From positions 1-64,000 of the IMG/VR virus record IMGVR_UViG_3300042691_039251: 64,000 nt of DNA, one strand, 5' to 3'. This document shows positions 10,380 to 18,037 of this stretch, in pieces. Below the pieces are notes generated by a model, which was not told the DNA's origin, ran no database searches, and worked only from the letters and a program-made list of their open reading frames with translations. Numbering within the stretch: position 1 is the first letter of the stretch; each line of letters begins with the position of its first letter. Source of the DNA: a virus. Position numbers and translations under genes: made by a program.

Positions 10380-11077
10380 ACAGCTGTATAGTCATCCCAT
10401 CTAGATGGGGATCTCAGAGGTTTCCAGGGAAGCCCTTGATACCGATAGTTGGAAAGACTATGGTGAAGAGAGTTCTCGAGAGAGCTGTACAAAGTTCTGC
10501 TGATGCAGTAATTGTTGCTACCGATGACGAGAGAATCTTTGATGAGTGTGAGGGCTATTCTATGATGACAGGAGATCTCCCTAACGGGACTGCTAGAGTG
10601 ATTGAAGCAGCAAAAAGGATCTCAGCCAGAGTCTACGTTAATCTGCAAGGAGACGAACCTCTGGCATCTCCAGAAGATTTGAATAAGTTGATCCAGAAAT
10701 GCCAGCAGATGCCTGGAGTCCATACTCTAATGACACGCATCTCTGAGGATGAATTACCTAATATGAACGTGGTCAAGGTCTTCTGTGATGACGAGAATGA
10801 ATGCTGGCTCTTTACAAGATCAGCCAAGAATTTCGGCTGCTACAAACACATTGGGATCTACGCATTTGATAGAGAGACTTTAAAGAAGATAGAAAATCTA
10901 AATCCTACACCGAACTCTCTAGCAGAAGCCCTCGAGCAGATAACCTGGCTCGACCACGAAATTCCCATCTATGCCTGGTACACCACCAACAGATACCAAG
11001 CTGTAGATTCTTTCGAAGACGTACAAAAAGTGATAGAAATACTAAATGAAGATAGCCTGCATAATCCCAACGTATAA
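10373..11077 (+). CDS. kdsB: CMP-Kdo synthetase-like cytidylyltransferase
   Basis: IPSRWGSQRFPGKPL, VATDDERI, NLQGDEP, HIGIYAF, LEQ. Confidence 0.85.
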   Translation: MLDSCIVIPSRWGSQRFPGKPLIPIVGKTMVKRVLERAVQSSADAVIVATDDERIFDECEGYSMMTGDLPNGTARVIEAAKRISARVYVNLQGDEPLASPEDLNKLIQKCQQMPGVHTLMTRISEDELPNMNVVKVFCDDENECWLFTRSAKNFGCYKHIGIYAFDRETLKKIENLNPTPNSLAEALEQITWLDHEIPIYAWYTTNRYQAVDSFEDVQKVIEILNEDSLHNPNV

Positions 11078-11729
11078 CTTCCTCTCGGGAGTAAAACGGA
11101 TCTCACATTGGATCTCGACAGAGTACCACCACCTCGCTGCTGAACACAGAGCAGTAGTGGTAGATGACCACTCAGATTCGAACAATGTGAAAGAATTTAA
11201 TAGACTAGGAAGTCTCGAGAATTTCACGGTGCTTCCTTCTAGAGGGATGCGAAGCCTCAGAGATTCTATCCTGACCGGATACGATCACGTTAAAGACTGG
11301 AAGCCTGATGTGATCCACATCATCGAAACAGATGCAATGCCGCAGACAGCTACGCTCCAAGCAATGCTCAGAGTTTATAGAGAAGCTCGTGGCAATGTCG
11401 GATCAGTCAGCCCGATTTATACTTGGGGAGGAAAGAACTGCTACCCTACTCACAAACACTGGTTTTCTGATCAACCTGCAAGAGAGCATTTTTCAACTGG
11501 CCCTGTCAGAGAACCGGGAGCCTGCGGAGTACCTTTTCTCTTTAGCATTTGGCGCCCAGAGCTCTTCGAGCTCATGAGAGATGAGAAGTTACCGCCCTTA
11601 GGACATTTAGATTCTGAGTTCGGTAGAGTAGTCCACGAAGCAGGTTACCGCCACCTCAGAGTAACTAACTACACGATCGAACATTGGATGGGCGGTCGTA
11701 ATTCAGACGCACTAAAACTATCAAAATAA
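11046..11729 (+). CDS. GT2-like glycosyltransferase
   Basis: IIPTYN, VVDDHS, IETD motifs. Confidence 0.7.
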   Translation: MKIACIIPTYNFLSGVKRISHWISTEYHHLAAEHRAVVVDDHSDSNNVKEFNRLGSLENFTVLPSRGMRSLRDSILTGYDHVKDWKPDVIHIIETDAMPQTATLQAMLRVYREARGNVGSVSPIYTWGGKNCYPTHKHWFSDQPAREHFSTGPVREPGACGVPFLFSIWRPELFELMRDEKLPPLGHLDSEFGRVVHEAGYRHLRVTNYTIEHWMGGRNSDALKLSK

Positions 11730-12214
11730 TGGGACTAGACATTTTTGCAATTGAAAAAGCTGCTCGAATAGCCGACTACGAAGAAAAGATAGAACTCTTA
11801 GAAGTAGACGAAGAACAGGTGGTAAGAGTGAAAGTCAACGAGGCTTTCAAATCTCATGATCACATCACAGACGGGATCTACAGATGGGAAGGCAGAACTG
11901 CGGAGTTCGGATCTGCTTATGGAACTTACGGCGGATTCAGAAGCGCTCTCTGTCTCTTGGCTCACGGCGTCTTTCCCCCGATCGTCTGGAACAACCCAGA
12001 CCTCTATGAAGGCGGTGATTTTTATGAGCTGATCAATTTTTCAGACTGCGAGGGGGCCATCGGACCCACTACTGCAGGAAAGCTTTTGACCGATTTTAAG
12101 AAGCACAGAGAAAGATATTTCGAACAGAACAACGAGTGGGACTGCGAGAGATACGATGATTGGATCGAGGCCTTAGACATAGCTTCTAATGACGGTCTCA
12201 TCATCTTTTGCTGA
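11729..12214 (+). CDS. Hypothetical phage protein (MGLDI...FSDCEG)
   Basis: 161 aa, TAATG coupling. Confidence 0.75.
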   Translation: MGLDIFAIEKAARIADYEEKIELLEVDEEQVVRVKVNEAFKSHDHITDGIYRWEGRTAEFGSAYGTYGGFRSALCLLAHGVFPPIVWNNPDLYEGGDFYELINFSDCEGAIGPTTAGKLLTDFKKHRERYFEQNNEWDCERYDDWIEALDIASNDGLIIFC

Positions 12215-12230
12215 TTCCTTTTCTCTCGTG

Positions 12231-12238
12231 GATAAATA
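12231..12238 (+). promoter_or_regulatory. GATAAATA late-promoter-like element
   Basis: Intergenic, just before ATG 12243; same 8-mer at 14216, 30177 and 47673. Confidence 0.5.
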
Positions 12239-12242
12239 ACCC

Positions 12243-12770
12243 ATGGAGAAGATAGTCGGTAGTTTTCAGAGTTTTAAGAGCATCGGAGATAAGAGAAAAG
12301 AGGTCGAGTCTCTAGTCAACGGCGATAAGCCGGTAGATTTTAAGGGACACGATTTTGAAAGATACGTCTCTTCGATGATCCTCTTCTTTGAATCTTTGGG
12401 ATTCGTCCTCAAGCCTTATCCGACAATTGAATTCTCTGACGAGAAGAAATACGATAACGAACTTCTCGGATATACCGGACACTATTTCTTCGATCAAAAA
12501 CACATCGTCCTCTACACTGAAGGCCGACATGTGAAAGACATTATGAGAAGCTTGGCTCACGAGCTCGTCCACCACAACCAATTCATGAGAGGCATCACTC
12601 TCGATAACGTCGATCAGATGAAGCTCAGCGATCCTGCATGGTCTGAGAAAGAAGAATTCTTAAAACACTTGGAAGACTATTCATATCTCGAAGGCGATGC
12701 CTATCTCAGAGGCAACATGCTCTTCAGAACCTGGACAGATGCCATCAAGCAAGGACTGATAAAACTATGA
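12243..12770 (+). CDS. Zinc metallopeptidase-like protein
   Basis: LAHELVHHNQ (HExxH) and downstream EGDAY. Confidence 0.75.
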   Translation: MEKIVGSFQSFKSIGDKRKEVESLVNGDKPVDFKGHDFERYVSSMILFFESLGFVLKPYPTIEFSDEKKYDNELLGYTGHYFFDQKHIVLYTEGRHVKDIMRSLAHELVHHNQFMRGITLDNVDQMKLSDPAWSEKEEFLKHLEDYSYLEGDAYLRGNMLFRTWTDAIKQGLIKL

Positions 12771-13366
12771 GAAGAGAGCTCTTCAAAGCATATTACGGAC
12801 GTTACACTTTCGACGTCGATAAAGCCTATGATTTGATCAAACAGGGCAAGATAAAAGCTGATGTGATAGATCTCAATTCAAGGATCGCTCAAAGCCTGAT
12901 CTTTTTCACAGGTGTTCACGATGATCACGTCGGAACAAAGGATTCTGCATCAGGAGACATTGACGGACTTATGGTCAAGTTCTCTGACCCGGAACACCCT
13001 GACGACACAATGATCATTGACGGCAACCACAGAATCAATGCAAAAATCAGAGCTTCTCGTCCTACTGTGAAGCTCCTCTACATCAAAAATCCTGGTGACA
13101 CTAAAAAGTTTCTTACTATCGATAGAAAGAAGCCGAAAGATCTCTTTCCGGAAGAAGATGCCGTCATGGAGAAGCTCGTGAAGACCTTCGAAGAATTTGT
13201 GAACGAGAAGAAAGAGTCTCCCTATTCAGAAGAGACTCTAAAGAAATACAAAGAAGAGCACGAGAAAGGAAAGAAAATCCCTTTTGCAATAGAGAGAAGT
13301 CTCAAAGCTCAAGGAATGATACCTCGAGTAGATGGGACCACTCGAAAATCAGACATGTACAAATGA
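12767..13366 (+). CDS. ParB/Srx-like domain protein
   Basis: IIDGNHR motif; internal MEKLVKTFEEFVNE segment. Confidence 0.6.
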   Translation: MRRELFKAYYGRYTFDVDKAYDLIKQGKIKADVIDLNSRIAQSLIFFTGVHDDHVGTKDSASGDIDGLMVKFSDPEHPDDTMIIDGNHRINAKIRASRPTVKLLYIKNPGDTKKFLTIDRKKPKDLFPEEDAVMEKLVKTFEEFVNEKKESPYSEETLKKYKEEHEKGKKIPFAIERSLKAQGMIPRVDGTTRKSDMYK

Positions 13367-14217
13367 AGAAAATCACGCTGATCTTTTTCCTGCTCTTGTC
13401 AGGAATTTCTTATTCTCAAGAGAGACAACAGAAAGAAGCTGTTAGAAGCCAGCAGAGCTCTCAGCCAACAAGACAATACATCCCTCAAGAGAGACAACAG
13501 AAAGAAATTGTTAGAGAACAAGCTAACAGATCTTCTCAAAGACCAATTGTCACCGACCCTCGAGGCAGAGGCAATGTCTTCCATCCTGGATGGGATGACT
13601 GGGGCTGGGGATGGAACAGATGGAACAGATGGGGTGCACCCATCGGATATAATTTCTGGACTCCAGGCTTCTACTATGACCCTTGGGGCTACCGCAATCC
13701 CACACGAATCTATCACTACAATGACAACCGAAGAGATACGGTCAGAGGCAAAGCAACAAGGGTTTCATTCGGAGTCCAAGGTTCAACGGGTGGACAGGTT
13801 GGAGCTTTCCTGACTCTTGGTAACCGAGGATACTTCATAGCTGAATATAACCAGATCTTTCAGAGAGACGAGTCTCTCTTTTATCCAGACCTCACGATGG
13901 ACAAAGTTCTTCCTTGGAACGATCAGAAGCTCGAAGACATACAAAAAGGCAACATAGTCTATCTCGGTTTCGGAAAGAAGATCTCAAGGACTGGGCTTCA
14001 CGCATCAATGGGTTTCGGCAGAGCAGAAAAAAGATACCAATTCTTCGATGAGCTCTTCATACTTTCCAACAATGGCAAGTATTCAGTCAGAGAATTCAAT
14101 GAGAACTTTTTCACTGTAAAGATCGGAGCATTGCACGATTTTGGCAGAGGAACTTTGAAAGTCGATTATGATCCCATCAGAAAACAAGCTTTCTTTGGAG
14201 CAGGTGTCAATTTTTGA
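13363..14217 (+). CDS. Signal-peptide protein, probable outer-membrane beta-barrel
   Basis: MKKITLIFFLLLSGISYS signal peptide, amphipathic strands, terminal GAGVNF. Confidence 0.6.
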   Translation: MKKITLIFFLLLSGISYSQERQQKEAVRSQQSSQPTRQYIPQERQQKEIVREQANRSSQRPIVTDPRGRGNVFHPGWDDWGWGWNRWNRWGAPIGYNFWTPGFYYDPWGYRNPTRIYHYNDNRRDTVRGKATRVSFGVQGSTGGQVGAFLTLGNRGYFIAEYNQIFQRDESLFYPDLTMDKVLPWNDQKLEDIQKGNIVYLGFGKKISRTGLHASMGFGRAEKRYQFFDELFILSNNGKYSVREFNENFFTVKIGALHDFGRGTLKVDYDPIRKQAFFGAGVNF

Positions 14218-14239
14218 TAAATAACAAAATATAGAATAG

Positions 14240-14533
14240 ATGAAACACGTTAAATTATTTGAAGAATTTGACAGAGTGGAAGAGGCTCACGAAGATCTTC
14301 AAAACTACATGTTCTTCAGCAACTTAGAATCCATCAAGCGTAAATGCGAATCTATCCTCGCGATGGACTTCAAAGCTATCGATGAACTCCTCAATGCAGG
14401 AGGCCACGACTGGGCTGCAGATCACATTACGGTAGCCAAAGAAAACATCGATCAGGTAGAAAATTTCTTAGTCGGTCAATTCAAGGACGCTCACCAAGCA
14501 GAGCCTGAATTACCTGAGGTTCCTACGACATAA
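14240..14533 (+). CDS. Hypothetical protein, possible internal head protein
   Basis: MKHVKLFEEF N-terminus; preceded by GATAAATA at 14216. Confidence 0.7.
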   Translation: MKHVKLFEEFDRVEEAHEDLQNYMFFSNLESIKRKCESILAMDFKAIDELLNAGGHDWAADHITVAKENIDQVENFLVGQFKDAHQAEPELPEVPTT

Positions 14534-14551
14534 GAAAAACTTAAAACATTT

Positions 14552-14577
14552 AAAACCCGCTTCGGCGGGTTTTTTTT
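14552..14577 (+). terminator. Rho-independent terminator
   Basis: AAAACCCGC-TTCG-GCGGGTTTT plus T-run. Confidence 0.9.
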
Positions 14578-14603
14578 GTGAAACTTTTTGATTCTTTCCT
14601 TAT

Positions 14604-14819
14604 ATGATTAAAAACCTTCTCATGGAATACTCTATCAGCACTAGAAGAGGAGATGAGCTGGGATTCTTCATCGGACACAATCTAGAAGGATTGAAAAAGA
14701 TGATAGAATTCTTGGGGCACGAGATCAAAGAAATAAAAACAGATGGGACACCAGATCAAACCGGAAGTAACCTGTGGATGCAAAGTACCGAAAGGTTGGG
14801 GCGAGGAGCTGATAATTGA
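14604..14819 (+). CDS. Hypothetical protein
   Basis: 71 aa, follows a promoter-like motif; 77-nt overlap with next gene. Confidence 0.45.
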   Translation: MIKNLLMEYSISTRRGDELGFFIGHNLEGLKKMIEFLGHEIKEIKTDGTPDQTGSNLWMQSTERLGRGADN

Positions 14820-15123
14820 GAACAATGAGCTCTACTGCGGTAAGCTCTTGATCTTCAAGCAGGGCTGTAAATTCTCAATGCACTACCACATGGAGAAAGA
14901 TGAGACTTGGTACGTCGACAAGGGAGAATTCATCTACCGATGGATCGACACTGAGACAGCCGAAGTTAATGAGACCAATCTAAAAGTAGGAGATGTGGTA
15001 AGACAACGTCCAGGCCAACCTCACCAATTAGAAGCTCTAACTGATGGAGTCATATTTGAAGTATCAACTGAACACAAAGACGAAGATTCTTACAGAGTAT
15101 GGAAAGGGAACTCGCAACAATGA
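14743..15123 (+). CDS. Cupin-domain protein (sugar isomerase-like)
   Basis: VPKGWGEE, SMHYHMEKDETW, PGQPH, EVST. Confidence 0.8.
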   Translation: MGHQIKPEVTCGCKVPKGWGEELIIENNELYCGKLLIFKQGCKFSMHYHMEKDETWYVDKGEFIYRWIDTETAEVNETNLKVGDVVRQRPGQPHQLEALTDGVIFEVSTEHKDEDSYRVWKGNSQQ

Positions 15124-15527
15124 AAGTTTGGGTGAATGGGACGTTTGACGTCTTTCACCCAGGACATCTGGCTCTGCTTAAATATGCAGCGAGAAAAGGA
15201 GAAGTCCACGTCGGAATAGACTCTGATCTTAGAGTGAAAGAACTCAAAGGACCTAATAGGCCCGTCTTTAGCCAAGAGCAGAGAAAAGAGATGCTTGAAT
15301 CTCTCAAGTTCGTAGAGAAAGTCTACATCTTTTACACTGACCACGATCTCGAGAGGATCATGACTGAAGTAGATCCTACGCTGATGGTCATCGGATCAGA
15401 CTATGAGAACAAGAAGATCATCGGCAGACACATCCCTCGCGGAATCTTGTTTTTTAACAGGATCAAGGGCATCTCTTCCTCTGAGATTTTGAACTACACA
15501 TGGAACAACAGCGACAAACCCGAATGA
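15120..15527 (+). CDS. HldE/RfaE domain II-like nucleotidyltransferase (ADP-heptose synthesis)
   Basis: NGTFDVFHPGH, GIDSD, KGPNRP, GSDY, GISSS; start at ATG 15120 (ATGA overlap). Confidence 0.8.
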   Translation: MKVWVNGTFDVFHPGHLALLKYAARKGEVHVGIDSDLRVKELKGPNRPVFSQEQRKEMLESLKFVEKVYIFYTDHDLERIMTEVDPTLMVIGSDYENKKIIGRHIPRGILFFNRIKGISSSEILNYTWNNSDKPE

Positions 15528-16363
15528 AGATCACTATAATCGGAGAAAAATGCATAGACGAATTTGTCTACGGTGATTGCACTCGGTTGAATCCCGAAGC
15601 GCCAACTCCTGTCTTTATTGAGAATTACCGAAAGATAAATTTAGGGATGGCCAGTAACGTAGCTGAGAATCTCGTTAGTCTCGGTGGGATCGAAATCGTT
15701 AGAAGACACCAACGAGTAGAGATCAGAAAGACCCGTTTTGTCGATGAGACTTCTAATTATATCTTGCTCAGAGCTGATTCTGAGAAAAACGTGGATCGGA
15801 TTGAGATTGACAAAGAACTCATAGAACACATCACGACATCTGACCTTCTCGTGGTCTCTGACTACGATAAAGGTTACCTACATCCAGAAGATTTGAAGGT
15901 CGTAGCGAGCTTCGCAAAGGCCTCAGTGATAGACACGAAGAAGCCTATCCAAGATATCTGGGCTCAAGAATTTGACTTCATTAAGATGAATTCTAAAGAG
16001 TGGAGCAACTCCGCTCACGAAAACAAAGAGAGATACTTAGAGAAAGCAATAATCACGCAGGGGAAAAATGGTGCAGTCTGGAATGGAAAGTCTTACAAGG
16101 GTGTGGAAGCAGAAGTGATGGACGTGGCCGGAGCAGGAGATTCATTCTTAGCTGGATTTGCTCACAGATGGATCAATTCAGCAGGTGATGTCGAATCTGC
16201 GATAGCTTTTGGAAATGAAATTGCAGCTCTCGTGGTCAAACGACGAGGAGTGGTGAATAAAATTGGAGAGGTGGCAGAGCGGTCGAACGCGGCGGTCTTG
16301 AAAACCGTTGACTGTAACAGGTCCGGGGGTTCGAATCCCTCCCTCTCCGCACTGGTTCCGTAG
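15524..16363 (+). CDS. HldE/RfaE domain I-like PfkB kinase (heptose-7-P kinase)
   Basis: RLNPEAPTPV, GMASNV, SDYDKG, DVAGAGDSF; the 3' end reads through tRNA-Ser. Confidence 0.8.
   Translation: MKITIIGEKCIDEFVYGDCTRLNPEAPTPVFIENYRKINLGMASNVAENLVSLGGIEIVRRHQRVEIRKTRFVDETSNYILLRADSEKNVDRIEIDKELIEHITTSDLLVVSDYDKGYLHPEDLKVVASFAKASVIDTKKPIQDIWAQEFDFIKMNSKEWSNSAHENKERYLEKAIITQGKNGAVWNGKSYKGVEAEVMDVAGAGDSFLAGFAHRWINSAGDVESAIAFGNEIAALVVKRRGVVNKIGEVAERSNAAVLKTVDCNRSGGSNPSLSALVP
16265..16349 (+). tRNA. tRNA-Ser(TGA)
   Basis: GGAGAGG/CCTCTCC acceptor stem, GCGGT-CT TGA AA-ACCGT anticodon arm, long variable arm, GGTTCGAATCC. Confidence 0.95.
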
Positions 16364-16426
16364 CTCAGTGGATAGAGCAACTGCCTTCTAAGCAGTAGGT
16401 CATTGGTTCGAATCCAATCGGGATCA
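16354..16426 (+). tRNA. tRNA-Arg(TCT)
   Basis: GGTTCCG/CGGGATC acceptor stem, ACTGC-CT TCT AA-GCAGT anticodon arm, GGTTCGAATCC. Confidence 0.95.
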
Positions 16427-16430
16427 CAGG

Positions 16431-16514
16431 TCGTAACTAGGGTCGAGCCACATTTTGCCACGGTTACGAGTAGGCTCAGGAGGATCAGAGGTGGCCGTGA
16501 CTACCCTGAGCCAC
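16431..16514 (+). ncRNA. Candidate structured RNA downstream of tRNA-Arg
   Basis: Stems TCGTAAC/GTTACGA and GGCTCAGG/CCTGAGCC; loop complementarity GCCAC/GTGGC; GC-rich intergenic stretch. Confidence 0.4.
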
Positions 16515-16535
16515 TATATTTAGAGAGAACACTAT

Positions 16536-17114
16536 ATGAAAATAATCTTCTTAGATAACGACGGAGTCATTTGTCTCGGCAGCAACTGGGGATCACGCCA
16601 CAAGAAACAGAGAGAATGGGGAAGAAAAATGTCCATGTCGATCAGAGAGCTTCCCGTTGAATGCCGCTTTGATAATTTCGATAAGAAAGCAATCAAGGTC
16701 CTCAATTCAATCATCGAAGAGAGCGGAGCTGAAATTGTGGTGAGCTCAGATTGGAGGAATTGGGCAAACTTAGAGGAGCTGGGTGAGTACTATGCTTCTC
16801 AGGGAATCTCGAAGAAGCCTGTCGGAGTGACCAAGAAGATACAGGAGTTCGATACCCCGGAAGACTTTCCTTGGCACCGGGCCTGGGAACTTGAGCAGAC
16901 GAGAATCTTAGAGATCCAACAATACCTCAAGGACCACCCTGAGATCACACATTGGGTCGCAGTGGACGATTTGAGAATGGGAAAGACGGGACTTGATTAT
17001 TCTGTAGAGTACAACCACCCTTGGGGATTGGAAAACTTCGTGAACACTCCGCTGAGCACTGAAGGCATCAAACAGAGCGGAATCAAAGAGAAGATACTTA
17101 ACTACTTACAATAA
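16536..17114 (+). CDS. HAD-family protein (Swiss-Army-Knife RNA repair-like)
   Basis: IFLDNDGV, VVSSDWR, WVAVDD. Confidence 0.8.
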   Translation: MKIIFLDNDGVICLGSNWGSRHKKQREWGRKMSMSIRELPVECRFDNFDKKAIKVLNSIIEESGAEIVVSSDWRNWANLEELGEYYASQGISKKPVGVTKKIQEFDTPEDFPWHRAWELEQTRILEIQQYLKDHPEITHWVAVDDLRMGKTGLDYSVEYNHPWGLENFVNTPLSTEGIKQSGIKEKILNYLQ

Positions 17115-17662
17115 TGACTGACTATTCTGATAGAGACATTGAAGTCTTATTTGATGCTCTAGAAAACCCACCTTCACCGAATTCAGCTCTGCAGGAAGCT
17201 GCTCAAGCTTACTTAGCAATGACCGCAAAAACGATCTCTATAGCTAGTGGATATTTTAATCCTGTTCACAAAGGCCACCTCGAACTCTTTGAAAGAGCAA
17301 AGATGATTTCAGACATTCTCGTCGTCATCGTCAACAACGACCACCAAAGAGAGCTGAAGGGATCTAAAAAATTCCAGGACGAAGAAGAGAGGCTCCTGAT
17401 CATCGGGTCTCTACGTACAGTCAATCACGCTGAGCTTTCGATTGACGAAGACAGAAGCGTAAGACAAAGTCTTGAGATGGTCTATCACAAATACAAAGAG
17501 ATCTATCTTAATCCTAATCTCAAATTCCTCTTTGTCAACGGTGGAGATCAGTTCTCGAATAACGTAGCCGAGAAGGAAATCTGTGACAGATTAGGAATCG
17601 AAATGGTCGATAGCATGGGAGGAAAAATTCAATCTAGTTCCTCTCTTCTAAATAACCTCTAA
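17114..17662 (+). CDS. HxGH cytidylyl/adenylyltransferase with N-terminal DUF1778-like peptide
   Basis: SGYFNPVHKGH, VNND, NGGD, KIQSSS; N-terminal SDRDIEVLFDALENPPSPNSAL. Confidence 0.75.
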   Translation: MTDYSDRDIEVLFDALENPPSPNSALQEAAQAYLAMTAKTISIASGYFNPVHKGHLELFERAKMISDILVVIVNNDHQRELKGSKKFQDEEERLLIIGSLRTVNHAELSIDEDRSVRQSLEMVYHKYKEIYLNPNLKFLFVNGGDQFSNNVAEKEICDRLGIEMVDSMGGKIQSSSSLLNNL

Positions 17663-17728
17663 AAACTTTTTGGAAACTTCTGAGCATGCGCTTAGTGAAA
17701 CTTATCGATCTTCTGGCATAAAATAAAC

Positions 17729-18037
17729 ATGCCAACACCTAAAATCAAAAAAATCATTAAGGAATACGGAGATGCTACCGCGTATGAGATCTGGGAAGGT
17801 ATTAGAGACAATTTCATTTTTGGATTCTTAGGAGCAACTCTCGTCGTCTTTATTTCAACTCGAGTCGACGCTGCAGTATTCATCGGTTACATCAGCTACT
17901 ATTATTTCATGGGAAGAATAGTCAACCGGCCCAAGTACGTGACTTCTCTCGGAAAAATGATCGTCTTTCCAATACCTTCTGCTCTCGGAGCTTTTACGGG
18001 TTATAAAGTCGCTTATCTCATTCCGCAATTATTATGA
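17729..18037 (+). CDS. Hypothetical membrane protein
   Basis: Several hydrophobic segments. Confidence 0.7.
   Translation: MPTPKIKKIIKEYGDATAYEIWEGIRDNFIFGFLGATLVVFISTRVDAAVFIGYISYYYFMGRIVNRPKYVTSLGKMIVFPIPSALGAFTGYKVAYLIPQLL

Noticed and set aside
16427-16514. Theta (HDV-like) ribozyme after tRNA-Arg
   Set aside because: Could not fit the P1/P3/L3/P1.1 topology by eye; kept only as an unknown structured element.
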